Assembly: GCA_965228735.1 (NCBI GenBank)
Contig: OZ245838.1
Span: forward strand, 6,304,001-6,368,000
Direction of reading: 5' to 3'
Source of the DNA: Planctomycetota bacterium
Lineage (GTDB): Bacteria; Planctomycetota; UBA1135; UBA2386
DNA length: 64,000 bases
Shown: positions 17,365-30,796 of the stretch, in pieces
Position numbering within the stretch: the stretch's first letter is position 1
Layout of the letters: each line of letters opens with the position of its first letter
Notes under the pieces: generated by a model
Told to the model about the DNA's origin: nothing
Seen by the model: the letters and a program-made list of their open reading frames with translations, nothing else
Database searches by the model: none
Made by a program: the position numbers and the translations under genes

Positions 17365-19778
17365 GGTGCTCGACCGCGCTGACGGTTGCGGCGTTCGTGG
17401 GTGTCTGGGCCGCGCAGTCGCCGGCCCAGGTCGAGGTCGCGGTCGGTCAGCTGCACGAAGCGCAGGACCGCGGCGAGCTCGACGTGGCGACGGTGGTCGC
17501 AGCGCTGCGCCAGGGTGGCGACGCGGGCCGGGCCGCCGCCGCGATCGTGCGCCACGAGTGGCTCGACGTTCCGGCAGAACTGCTCGACGCCGCTGCCGGG
17601 CACCCGGCGAGCGCCACGCTGCTGCTGCGCGAACTGGCGCTCGCGCCGCGCCCGAGCGTGCAGGCATGGGCGAGGACGCAGGTCGAGCGCGACGACCTGC
17701 CGAACGACGTTCGGTGCTATGCGATCGCGGCGGCGCAGCTGCCGGCGACGGGCAAGGTCGCGAACCTGCTCGTCGATACGGCGCTCGATCCCGAAGGCGG
17801 CGACGGTTATCGGACCGCGGCGTGGCTCATGGCATCGCGCGATGCCGATCGGCTCCTCGGTCGGCTGCACGCGGCGGCGCTGCAGCAGCAGGCCGAGTTC
17901 GATCGGTTGCTGCCGTTCTTCGACCGGCTGTCGCCGCGCGGTCACGAGCACCTCGTCGGGCTCGCGCTGTCGTTGCCGAACGAGCTGCAGCAGCCGCTCG
18001 TGCGGTATTTCCTCAACAACGACGTCGCGGCCTATCGCGACCGTTCGGCCGACGCGCTCGACGGCAAGCTCGAGCTCGAGCCGATCTGGCTCGCGCGGGC
18101 CGCCGAGTTGCTCACGGAGCGCTCGCGCGTGGAGCGGTTGTTCGGCGTTCTCGACGACGAAACGGCGTCGGCCGAACTGCGGGATGCGGCGTTCCGCGCG
18201 TTGCTCGAGGCCTCTGTGATCGAGCCGCCCGTGGTCGACTACGCGGGCGACGCCGTCCAGCGCAGTCGCGACATCCGGGCGTTGCTCGATGCCGGTGTCG
18301 GTCAGCTGCCGGTCGACACGATCCTGCACCTGCTCACCGGCGACGTGCGCGTCGCGGCGCTCACGGCTAGCGCGTTGCTCCGACGCGACCCGCTCGAACC
18401 GGCGATCGAGGCGCAGCTCGTCGAGCTGCTCGCCGACGTCGTGCCGGCCACTCCGACGCTGCCGCTCGTCGTCGCGCTCCTGCGGCGCGGATCCGAGGGC
18501 TCGGTTCGCGCGATCTGGCCGCGGTTGCGCGGCTCGGAGCTGTTCGATCAGTGCGTCGACATCCTCGCGCGGCGCGAGGCGGCCTGGATCTCACCGCTGC
18601 TGCTCGAGGACCTCGCGCACGACGTCGGTGACGAAGAATCGCTGCCCGCGCGCCGGCAACGCGACCGTGCGTCGGTCCGGCTCGCGCTCGTTCGGCGCGG
18701 CGACCGGCGCGAGCTGGACCGCCTCGTCGAAGGCGCCGCGACGAGTTCGCCGTCGTTCTTGCGTCGGTGCACGCACCACGCTGCGCCGGTCGGGGTCGAG
18801 CACAGTCTCACGCTCCTCGAGTTCGCTGGCGCGACGGCGGATGATGATCTCGCGGTCGAACTCATCAGCTGGGCCGCGACGACCGATGATCCGCAGGTGC
18901 ACGCCGCGCTGTTCGGTTTGTGGCAACCCGCGGAGCTGACCGAGCGGCACATCGCCGCGCTCTCCGGGCTCGGGCACAGCGCGGCGCGGCCGCGGCTCGT
19001 CACCGAGTTGCGCGCGGCGATCGAGGCCGGCACGCGCGACGATCGTGCGGAGATGCTCGCGTACGAGCTGATTTCCACGATGCGGATGCCGCTCGCGCAA
19101 AGAGACATCGAGCTGCTGGCCGAGCTCGCGCTCGTGTGGCCGCTCGCCGATCCCGAGCGGGAACGTGGGCGGGCGCAGCGCTGGTCGGACGGCCGCAACG
19201 GGTTTCCGCTCGCGGCCGCGATCGCGCACCGATTGCGCGGTGCCGACCCGGAGCTCGTGCACGCGGTGTTCGGCCGGACCGCGCAAGCGGTGCAGGAGCA
19301 CTCCGAGTTCGCCGCGTTTGCGCCCCAACGGCTCCTCGTGATGTGGCGGGCGTTGGTCCCGGACCAGCGCGTGCAATCGGCGCTCGGTCGCGCGACCGCC
19401 GCGTTGTTGCTCGCGGCAAACGATCCGATGGCGGTCGGCCACGGGCCAGCGAGCCTCTACGCGAGCCAGGAACGGGAAGCTCGCGGCGAGTTCGCGGCAG
19501 CCGTCCAACACGCGCGCCGGGCCGTCGCTCTGCTGCTGCGGCAGCCTGACGCGCGGCGCGATGCCCGGCTCTTCCTCGGCGAGCGCGACCCGGTCGCGGG
19601 CGTGGATCCGTGGAGTCGGCTCGCGGCGCGACCGTTCGTTCTCGAGGCGAGGGCGTGCCTTGCTGCGAGGAATGATCCCGGCGCGGGCGCGGCATTGCGC
19701 GCGGCGGCCGAGCTCGTCGGGCACGACGCCGACGGGCGGGCTACGATCGAAGAGCTGACCCGAGCGAGCAAACGGTGA
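17361..19778 (+). CDS. Large secreted alpha-helical (HEAT/TPR-like) hypothetical protein
   Basis: GTG overlaps the upstream stop; signal-like N-terminus; Leu/Ala-rich amphipathic helices. Confidence 0.65.
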   Translation: MRCSTALTVAAFVGVWAAQSPAQVEVAVGQLHEAQDRGELDVATVVAALRQGGDAGRAAAAIVRHEWLDVPAELLDAAAGHPASATLLLRELALAPRPSVQAWARTQVERDDLPNDVRCYAIAAAQLPATGKVANLLVDTALDPEGGDGYRTAAWLMASRDADRLLGRLHAAALQQQAEFDRLLPFFDRLSPRGHEHLVGLALSLPNELQQPLVRYFLNNDVAAYRDRSADALDGKLELEPIWLARAAELLTERSRVERLFGVLDDETASAELRDAAFRALLEASVIEPPVVDYAGDAVQRSRDIRALLDAGVGQLPVDTILHLLTGDVRVAALTASALLRRDPLEPAIEAQLVELLADVVPATPTLPLVVALLRRGSEGSVRAIWPRLRGSELFDQCVDILARREAAWISPLLLEDLAHDVGDEESLPARRQRDRASVRLALVRRGDRRELDRLVEGAATSSPSFLRRCTHHAAPVGVEHSLTLLEFAGATADDDLAVELISWAATTDDPQVHAALFGLWQPAELTERHIAALSGLGHSAARPRLVTELRAAIEAGTRDDRAEMLAYELISTMRMPLAQRDIELLAELALVWPLADPERERGRAQRWSDGRNGFPLAAAIAHRLRGADPELVHAVFGRTAQAVQEHSEFAAFAPQRLLVMWRALVPDQRVQSALGRATAALLLAANDPMAVGHGPASLYASQEREARGEFAAAVQHARRAVALLLRQPDARRDARLFLGERDPVAGVDPWSRLAARPFVLEARACLAARNDPGAGAALRAAAELVGHDADGRATIEELTRASKR

Positions 19779-20761
19779 TGATCAGGACAATGACGATGGC
19801 GATCGGAATGACGGTGGGCACCGGCCTGTTGGTGGGGCTCTTCCTCGGTTGCGGTCAGCGCGATGCTGGCGGCGGCCAGTCGCCGGTGCACGCGGGCGTC
19901 GGGCTCGGCCCGGTGCGGGGCCAGCAGTCGGGGCAGGATCCGCAGGCGCAGGATCCCCAGGTTGGGCAGGACCCGAAACAGAACCCCGAGGGCGACGCGA
20001 AGACAAAACCCGCGGTGACCCAGGATCCGAAGGAGCTGCTCGCCGAGATGATGGCGCGCTTCAAGGAGCAGAAGATCGCGGTCGACCTCGAGGCGCACAC
20101 CGTCGCGATCCCGGTCGTGCTCAACCTGCCACAGGATCCGGTCGAGTACCTGCTGATCCATCGGCGCGGCAAGCGTCACGAGGCGATGTTCGTGACCGAG
20201 GCGAAGCCGAGCCTGCTGAACGGCGCGCTGCTGCTCGCCGGTCTGCAGATCGGCAAGAACGCGCGCGTGCGTGACGTCGAGCCGATGCCGTCGCTCGAAG
20301 AGGTGCAGAACGGCGCCGAGACGGTGATCGTGACGCCGCCGAAGGGGCAGCCGTTCTGGATGACCGCGCGGTGGGCCAATGCCGCCGGCAAGGTCGTCGA
20401 ACATTGCATCGAGGATCTGATCCTCGATCTGACGACGCAGGAGCCGATCACCGACTGCCAGTGGATCTACATCGGCGGCCGGATGGCGAGGCTCTACAAG
20501 AACGACCCCGAGGTCTACGTCGCCGACTTCGAGGGCAACATCGTGAGCATCTGCTACATGCTGCCCGACAACCACCTCGCGACGATGCGGCATGCGTCGG
20601 CGCGCGACGACCAGAACTGGTGGTTGTCCGATCTCGTGCCCGAACCGGGGACCGAGGCGCAGCTGATCTTCCACGCGCAGAAGTCCAAGCTGCACGTCGC
20701 GCGTGACGAACGGCTGGCGGCCGAGGCGAAGAAGAAGAGCGCGACCGACGGCGGCAAGTAA
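19775..20761 (+). CDS. YdjY-like domain lipoprotein
   Basis: Lipobox-like FLGC, QDP(Q/K) linker repeats, VEYLL....GK.HEA.F.TEA.PS.L..ALLL.G. Confidence 0.65.
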   Translation: MMIRTMTMAIGMTVGTGLLVGLFLGCGQRDAGGGQSPVHAGVGLGPVRGQQSGQDPQAQDPQVGQDPKQNPEGDAKTKPAVTQDPKELLAEMMARFKEQKIAVDLEAHTVAIPVVLNLPQDPVEYLLIHRRGKRHEAMFVTEAKPSLLNGALLLAGLQIGKNARVRDVEPMPSLEEVQNGAETVIVTPPKGQPFWMTARWANAAGKVVEHCIEDLILDLTTQEPITDCQWIYIGGRMARLYKNDPEVYVADFEGNIVSICYMLPDNHLATMRHASARDDQNWWLSDLVPEPGTEAQLIFHAQKSKLHVARDERLAAEAKKKSATDGGK

Positions 20762-20800
20762 TTGCGCGTCGCCGCGGGCGCAGAATCGTCGGTCGGCAGC

Positions 20801-22726
20801 TCAGTAGATCAGCGTCTTGCCGCCGCTCGACATCGCGATGCCGTTCGTCGCGCTCGGGTCGAACACGAGCCACTGGAAGAACAGCGGCACGTTGCTGAAG
20901 CCCGGCGGCAGCGTCGGCATCACGAAGCGGAACTGCCCGTTCGCGCCCTGCGGGACGATGTTGCTGCGCATGTCGGGTGACACGAGCAGCTGGGATTCCG
21001 TGAAGCCGAAAGTCGCGAGGTTGACGGGCAGCAGGGTCGGGCCGCTCGCCACGTTGCTGAAGCCGACGTAGAGCGCGGCGAACGGGGCGGTGTTCGGCGC
21101 CATGCCTTCGAGCCGCAGCTCGAAGTTGCTGGTGCCCTCGAACGGCTGACCGCGCATCGTCGTCCGGCCGCGCAGGCTGCGGCCGAAGCGCCACGGCCCG
21201 TGCAGCTCGTAGAGCACGCTGCCCTGCCCGGTCTGCACGACCGCGAGCATGTGCATGCCGCCGCGGTTGTTCGGGTTCAGCAAGCGGTAGACCTCGAAAC
21301 CGCGCGCGATGCCGCCGGGCGGCCCGCCCGCGTTCGGCACCTGCAGGTTGCCCCAGAAGCGCGTGCCGGTCGGTCGGTGGTCATAGGCCGAGTACTCGGA
21401 GCCGTTGACGCGCAGCGTGCCGCGCGGCGTGGCCTCGGGCTGGCTGCTGAAGAAGTAGTAGCGGCCGAACGTGTGGTCGTAGCCGGCGCCCTGGGCGCGT
21501 TGCGGCAGGGACTGGAACGTGCGGAGCACGGCCCCCGTCGTGAGTGCGACCTCGTAGCCGAGGCCGCCCTGATCGGTGATCAGGAACGTGCCGGCGCCGA
21601 GATCGCCGTCGCGGTTGAACGCGATGCTCAGGGGCTCGGGACCGCCCGCGGCCGGCAGCGCTGCCGTCACGAACAGCGGTGTCAGCAGCGCGCCGGACAG
21701 AGCGTCGATCGCGCGGATCTCGACGCTGCCGCCGGGCGAGCCGCGGCGATCGACGATCGCGTAGACGACCTGCGTGTGCGGAGCCGTCGGCGAGGTTTGA
21801 ATGGTTCGCACCGTGAGGTCGGAGGCGCCGAACGGGGCCGCGGCCGGCGTGTCGGGCAGGTTGGTCGACGAGATCGGCTGGCCCGACGCGTTGAAGCGGA
21901 TCAGACGGTGGGGGAGGCCGGTGCCGGGCGCGAGCGCGCTGACCCAGTAGCTGCGCTGGAACGTCGCCGGGTTCTCCGTCAGCGCCGCGGCGACGCACGT
22001 CCGGCCGCCCGTCGCCGCCGTGAGGTTGATGCCGGTCTGCCCGAACGTCGAGTCGTCGACCTCGCCGAGCGCCTCGGCGTCGGCGTCGGCGTCCTCGACC
22101 TTCACGCAGCGACTGCTGACGAACAGGTCGTCGATCGCGACGTCGTTGTTGAGATCGGTGAACAGTTCGATCACGACGTCCTCGTCGTCGGGTTGCGGCC
22201 AGAGTTCACCCATGATCGTGACCGTCTCCCAGCCGCCGCCGACGGGCACCGACTCCCACGTCACCGAAGAACGGTCGTAGGCGGCGAGCTGCTCCTCGAG
22301 AGACGCCGTGATCTCGCCGACCGTGCCCTCGAGCGCGTCGAACTGCACCTCGAAGATCTTCACCCAGTTGACGTGCGGATCGTTGTCCGCGGTCAGGTCG
22401 ATCGACGCGGTCTGCGGCGAGCCGTTGCCGAGGATGCCGAGCACGTCCGTGCGGCCGGCCAGCGCCGGGATCACCTGCAGCGGACCAGTGGTCGCGAAGA
22501 CGGTCTGCTGCGGGTTGTACCACGACGCCGTCGCGACCTGCTGCGGCACGAACGGCGTCGCGCCGCTGAAGTCCCAGTACAGCGACATGGTCTCTTCGTC
22601 CTGCACGCCCCACCACGGCGGCGCGTCGAGCGGCGTCGGGATCTGAGCAGCGAGAGTGCTCGCGAGTACGGCGCTCAGCAGCGGGGCGGCGGTGCTTGCT
22701 AGCACGCTTCGGATGCGGTGGTTCAT
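20801..22726 (-). CDS. Secreted protein (beta-sandwich + propeller-like region) with shared C-terminal domain
   Basis: Signal ending TLAA|QI; C-terminus LPVNLATFG...FFQWLVFDPSATNGIAMSSG. Confidence 0.8.
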   Translation of the reverse strand: MNHRIRSVLASTAAPLLSAVLASTLAAQIPTPLDAPPWWGVQDEETMSLYWDFSGATPFVPQQVATASWYNPQQTVFATTGPLQVIPALAGRTDVLGILGNGSPQTASIDLTADNDPHVNWVKIFEVQFDALEGTVGEITASLEEQLAAYDRSSVTWESVPVGGGWETVTIMGELWPQPDDEDVVIELFTDLNNDVAIDDLFVSSRCVKVEDADADAEALGEVDDSTFGQTGINLTAATGGRTCVAAALTENPATFQRSYWVSALAPGTGLPHRLIRFNASGQPISSTNLPDTPAAAPFGASDLTVRTIQTSPTAPHTQVVYAIVDRRGSPGGSVEIRAIDALSGALLTPLFVTAALPAAGGPEPLSIAFNRDGDLGAGTFLITDQGGLGYEVALTTGAVLRTFQSLPQRAQGAGYDHTFGRYYFFSSQPEATPRGTLRVNGSEYSAYDHRPTGTRFWGNLQVPNAGGPPGGIARGFEVYRLLNPNNRGGMHMLAVVQTGQGSVLYELHGPWRFGRSLRGRTTMRGQPFEGTSNFELRLEGMAPNTAPFAALYVGFSNVASGPTLLPVNLATFGFTESQLLVSPDMRSNIVPQGANGQFRFVMPTLPPGFSNVPLFFQWLVFDPSATNGIAMSSGGKTLIY

Positions 22727-22777
22727 GGTCGGTTCTACAGTGCTGGCAGGGGATGCGGTGCGGGGGCAACCGGGTGG

Positions 22778-26441
<3,664 letters not shown>

Positions 26442-26449
<8 letters not shown>

Positions 26450-27113
26450 CCGACGGCCTCGACAGGTACCCCGACAACCGGGCCTGGGCGCGCGACAACA
26501 GCGCACGCACCGCCCCCTCGGTCGGCAGCCCCATCTCGGCGCAGATCTCGTCGGTGGAGAGCTCGAGGTAGCGCTTCAGCACGATGATCTCGCGCTCGCG
26601 GTCCGGCAGCTGCTGCAGCGCGACGCGGATCCGTTCGGCCAGCTCGGTCTCGTCGTGCACCTGTGACGGGGTCGCGTCCTTGCTCGGGATCGCCTCACGC
26701 ATGTGCTCGTCGATGCCGACGAGGCCGCCGTCCTGCGGCCGGCGCTTGCGCGCTTCGACGGCGCGGATGCGACGGATGATCTCGTATTCCGCGCCCTTCA
26801 GCAGCCACGCGAGGAACGAGCCCTCGCCGCGATACTCGAACTGATGCAGTCGCCGGAGCGCCGACAGGATCGCGTCCTGGGTCGCATCCTCGCTGTCCGC
26901 CATGAGCACCCGGTACTTCGGACCGATCAGCTTGCGCAGCGCACTTCGCAACCGATCGCGATAGCGCTCGAACAGCTGATCGATCGCGTCGCGATCCTGC
27001 TCCAGCGCGCGGCTGACCAGGTTGCGGGTGTTGTCGTCCAAGAACGGGGCGTGGGCGGGGAGCTTGCGATTTTGCCGCTTCCTGCCGCGGCGGCAAGTCG
27101 GGTCGGGCTTCAT
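26442..27113 (-). CDS. ECF sigma factor (kinase-associated)
   Basis: A..QLFERYR..L, DSEDATQD, F.YRGEGSF.AWL, TPSQ, ALQQLPDREREII.L, S..EI...MG...GAVR..LSRA. Confidence 0.9.
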
Positions 27114-27231
27114 GGCGCGTTTGCGGGGGGCGGCGCGACGGTCGGCGGTGGCAATCATGGGATGGCTCACCCGCGGAAGCGCCAGACCGCCGCGATCGCA
27201 CGGGGAATTCCGGCCCTGGTGGGATTCGGCG

Positions 27232-27270
27232 CCCGAGACGGCCGACCGTCTCGGGTGTTTCACGGTTTTT
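27232..27270. terminator. Perfect 10-bp hairpin with a T-rich tail on the + strand
   Basis: CCCGAGACGG-CCGA-CCGTCTCGGG followed by TGTTTCACGGTTTTT. Confidence 0.5.
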
Positions 27271-27306
27271 CGGATCCGGGCGCCGGTCGGAGCCGTGGCG
27301 GTGGCG

Positions 27307-28569
27307 CTATCGCGTCTCGTCGAGCGGGCGCAGCACCGTGCTCGATTGGCGGTACGAGCCGAGTTCGCGGCGCAGCGCGGCGAGGATCTCGTCGTCGTAG
27401 AGGACCCGGGCGAAGTCGCCGGTGCCGCCGCTGACGGTCGCGCTGCCGGTCACGACGACGGAGCCGCGGATCTCGGCCGGTTCCTGCATCGTGAAGTTGC
27501 CGCCGACGTAGATCAGACCCGAGAAGCTCGAGTAGCTGCCGGCCTCGATCGCGAGGTCGCCGAGGACGATCACGATGCCCGAACCGAGCAGCCGCTGAGT
27601 GTCCGTGAACGAGAGGTCACCCGAGCAGACGACGAGCGAGTTGGTCGGCAGCGGCGACGGGAACGCAGATGGGTCGGTGATGTGGATGTCGGCCATCGCG
27701 CGCAGCTCGTCGGCCGTCGCACCGAACACGGCATCGAGCGAGTCCTCGTACGGCGTGTTGGTCGCCGTGCCGGGCGAGCCCGAGATCTCGGCGGCCGTGC
27801 CCGTCACCGTCGGCGAGCCCGTGCCCGATTCGCTGAACAGCCCGGCCGCGGCGCTGCCGCCGCGGATCTGACCGCGCGTGCTGACGAGCACCCCGCTCGC
27901 GGTGCGAACGCAGACCGCGGCCTGGCCCGGCAGGTTCATCGCGAGGCGGCGCGCCTCCATCTCGGCGATGTCCTGCGCGATCACGCGGTTGGGCGGCGCG
28001 TCGAACGCGACCGCGGCATCGCGACGCTCGTAGACGTAGCCGACGCTGCGCAGCCGCCACACCGTGCCCGCGGTGAGGCCGCCGCGGGCGGCCGACACGT
28101 CGCGGCACTGCATCTGCGTCCGGAACGCGAGGCGGTCCGGATCGGGGTCGGCGGCCCACTCCTTCCAGACCTCGTAGCGACCCCAGGTCGTGCCGCTGAT
28201 CTGGAACTCGCGCACGATGCCGATGTCCGGCTCTTCGGTCTCGAGCACTGGCGGCGTCGCGAGCTCGTCCCGCTGCGGGTCGAGCGCCGTCACGGGTTGC
28301 GACGTCTGCTTGCGCAACCAGCCGAGCCCGTCCGTCAGCCCGGAGTTCGCGAGCGCGAGCGCCTGACTGTCGCGGGCGAAGCGGGTGTCGTTGAGGTCGC
28401 GGTGCGAATCGAGCGTCTGGCTGTTGGTCAGCACCAGCCCCATGATCACCACGAGCATCAGCAGGGCGGCGATGAGCGCGCTGCCGCGCTCGCTCGCCGC
28501 CGCGGTATGGCGCGGCGGGATCTGCGGAGAACGGGCGGACGACCGGCGACGGGACGGCGAATGAAGCAT
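27307..28569 (-). CDS. PilX-like minor pilin/pseudopilin-related protein
   Basis: ERGSALIAALLMLVVIMGL class III-like N-terminus, AL.LA.SGL..G..., C-terminal G.I.V.G.L repeats. Confidence 0.65.
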   Translation of the reverse strand: MLHSPSRRRSSARSPQIPPRHTAAASERGSALIAALLMLVVIMGLVLTNSQTLDSHRDLNDTRFARDSQALALANSGLTDGLGWLRKQTSQPVTALDPQRDELATPPVLETEEPDIGIVREFQISGTTWGRYEVWKEWAADPDPDRLAFRTQMQCRDVSAARGGLTAGTVWRLRSVGYVYERRDAAVAFDAPPNRVIAQDIAEMEARRLAMNLPGQAAVCVRTASGVLVSTRGQIRGGSAAAGLFSESGTGSPTVTGTAAEISGSPGTATNTPYEDSLDAVFGATADELRAMADIHITDPSAFPSPLPTNSLVVCSGDLSFTDTQRLLGSGIVIVLGDLAIEAGSYSSFSGLIYVGGNFTMQEPAEIRGSVVVTGSATVSGGTGDFARVLYDDEILAALRRELGSYRQSSTVLRPLDETR

Positions 28570-28685
28570 TTGCGAACCTCTCGAGAACACCGTCCTATCG
28601 GCTGCCGAATCGGGTTTTCCCGTGGCGCTGTCCCCGTTCGGGACCGGCCAGAAGTCTCATGGCCAGTCTGGCCGATAGGACGGGC

Positions 28686-29813
28686 ATGAGATTGCTGCAC
28701 ACGTGCGCCTCCGCGCTGCTCGTCGCGTCGGTCCTGGTATGTCAGACGGGGCAACCGGGTGGACCGCCGAAGGCGACCAAGAAGGAAGCCGAGTCCAAGA
28801 CGGAGTCGAAGCAGGACCCCGGCAAGGAGTCGGAGGCGACCGACAAGGCGTCGCGCATCGAAGAGCGCGCGAAGCGCATGCGCCAGGAGTTCGGCGGTGG
28901 CAAGAAGGTCAAGAGTCACGTGCGCGTGCAGGTGCGCCTCAACAACGGCAACCGACTGCGCGGCGTCGTGAAGGACGGCCGCCTCGTCGAGCGCGTGACG
29001 GGTCTGCGCTTCGAGACCGCGCACGCGGCCGATCGCGGCGCCGGCATCCGGATCTGGTACTCGGGCGGCACGCGCAACTACGTGTTCGTGCCGTTCTCGG
29101 AGCTGAAGAACTACACCGTGCTGCAGCGGCTCACGACCGAGCAGCTCGCCGAACTCGAGGCCGAGATGGCGATGAAGGAGGACCGCGAGCGCCGCGGCGG
29201 CTTCCAGCGCGGCGGTGATCCGAACCGCGCGAGCGGCTCGCCGGCGCGCCCCGAGGGTGAGGGACGCCCGCAGGCGGGCGGTGCGACGGGCAGCAACGGT
29301 CAGCCGGCGAACGGGCAGTCCCAGGGTGCCACGCCCGCGGGCCCGGGTGCGGCCGGCGTGCAAACGCAGGCATCGCAGATCGGCTCGGCGAAGCCGTCGG
29401 CCAAAGGCAGCACGGGCAACGGGCCCGGCGCGACGGGCGTCGCCAAGTCGGTGACGTCGGGCGCGGGTTCGACGGGCAGCGCGACGACCGGTGCGGGTGC
29501 GGGCACGGGCGCGTCGGAAGCGCAGCAGGAGGCCCACCGCAAGTGGTTCCAGCTGCTGCAGGACTACCCGCCGGCGCAGGGCTGGAACGAGGCGAAGCGC
29601 ACGGAGATCCAGACGCGCTTCAACCGCATCGGCGCGGCGCCGACGGAGAAGGAGAACGCGTTCGTCGAGAACTTCGCCGAATGGCAGAAGGCGGTGAAGC
29701 ACTTCGCCGCCGACACCGGCACGAGCGACGTCGACGGCTCGCAGGACACGGGCCGCAAGAAGACCCGCCGCGAGCTGCGCCAGGAGCGCCGCGAGAAGCG
29801 CCGCAAGCGCTGA
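28686..29813 (+). CDS. Secreted hypothetical protein with long G/A/T/S-rich linker
   Basis: Signal-like N-terminus, V.VRL.NG..L.G (SH3/Sm-like) segment, low-complexity linker, basic tail. Confidence 0.7.
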   Translation: MRLLHTCASALLVASVLVCQTGQPGGPPKATKKEAESKTESKQDPGKESEATDKASRIEERAKRMRQEFGGGKKVKSHVRVQVRLNNGNRLRGVVKDGRLVERVTGLRFETAHAADRGAGIRIWYSGGTRNYVFVPFSELKNYTVLQRLTTEQLAELEAEMAMKEDRERRGGFQRGGDPNRASGSPARPEGEGRPQAGGATGSNGQPANGQSQGATPAGPGAAGVQTQASQIGSAKPSAKGSTGNGPGATGVAKSVTSGAGSTGSATTGAGAGTGASEAQQEAHRKWFQLLQDYPPAQGWNEAKRTEIQTRFNRIGAAPTEKENAFVENFAEWQKAVKHFAADTGTSDVDGSQDTGRKKTRRELRQERREKRRKR

Positions 29814-29869
29814 CGGATTCCGGAAGCCAGCCTTGATCGGACGTGGGCGCCGGCGAGAAGCTTCTCGCC

Positions 29870-30796
29870 ATGGCACGCGCTTTCCTCTTCACCGGTCAGG
29901 GCTCGCAGTTCGCGGGCATGGGCAAGGAGCTCGCGGACCGCTTCCCCGCGGCCCGCGAGACGTTCGAGGAGGCCGACGCCGTCCTCGCCGAGCCGATCAG
30001 TGAGCTCTGCTTCTCCGGCCCCGAGGAGCAGCTCGCGCTGACGACGAACACGCAGCCGTGCACGCTCACGGTCGCCGTCGCCGCGTTTCGAGCCCTCGCT
30101 TCCGAGAACGGGGGCATGACGCCCGACCTCGCGGCCGGTCACAGCCTGGGTGAATACAGCGCCCACGTCGCGGCCGGCACGATCACGTTCGCCGACGCCG
30201 TGCGGCTCGTGCGCGATCGCGCGGAGTGCATGCAGGACGCCGTGCCCGTCGGCACGGGCGGCATGGTCGCGCTGCGCAAGATGGAGCTGGCCGACGTCGA
30301 GGCGCTCGTCGCCAAGGTCGACGCGGGCGTCTGCGAGATCGCCAACTACAACGAGCCGACGCAGATCGTGTGCTCGGGCGCGATCGCCGCGATGGATCAG
30401 CTCGTCGAGCTCGCGCCGCGGCGCATGGCGATGAAGCTCAACGTCAGCGTGCCGTTCCATTGTTCGCTGCTGCAGGACGCGGGCGCGAGCTTCGCGACGA
30501 CGCTCGATGCGATCACGATGAACGACCCGGCGTTCCCCGTCTGGTGCAACGTCGATGCCAAACCGGTGACGACGGCCGACGCCGCGCGCGACGCGCTCAA
30601 GCGGCAGTTCGCCGGCTCGGTGCGCTGGCTGCAGACGATCGAGGGCATGCTCGAGCAGGGCGTGCGCGAGTTCGTCGAGTGCGGTCCGAAGCCGACGCTC
30701 GTCAACATGGTCAAGCGCATCGCCATGGCGCGTGGCGTCGAGGGCGTCGAGACCCACGCCGCGACGACCGCCGACGAGATCGCCGCGCTCTCGTGA
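29870..30796 (+). CDS. fabD: Malonyl-CoA:ACP transacylase
   Basis: FLF.GQGSQ..GMG, T.NTQP, GHSLGEY, AN.N...Q.V, L.VS.PFH, ECGP. Confidence 0.95.
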   Translation: MARAFLFTGQGSQFAGMGKELADRFPAARETFEEADAVLAEPISELCFSGPEEQLALTTNTQPCTLTVAVAAFRALASENGGMTPDLAAGHSLGEYSAHVAAGTITFADAVRLVRDRAECMQDAVPVGTGGMVALRKMELADVEALVAKVDAGVCEIANYNEPTQIVCSGAIAAMDQLVELAPRRMAMKLNVSVPFHCSLLQDAGASFATTLDAITMNDPAFPVWCNVDAKPVTTADAARDALKRQFAGSVRWLQTIEGMLEQGVREFVECGPKPTLVNMVKRIAMARGVEGVETHAATTADEIAALS

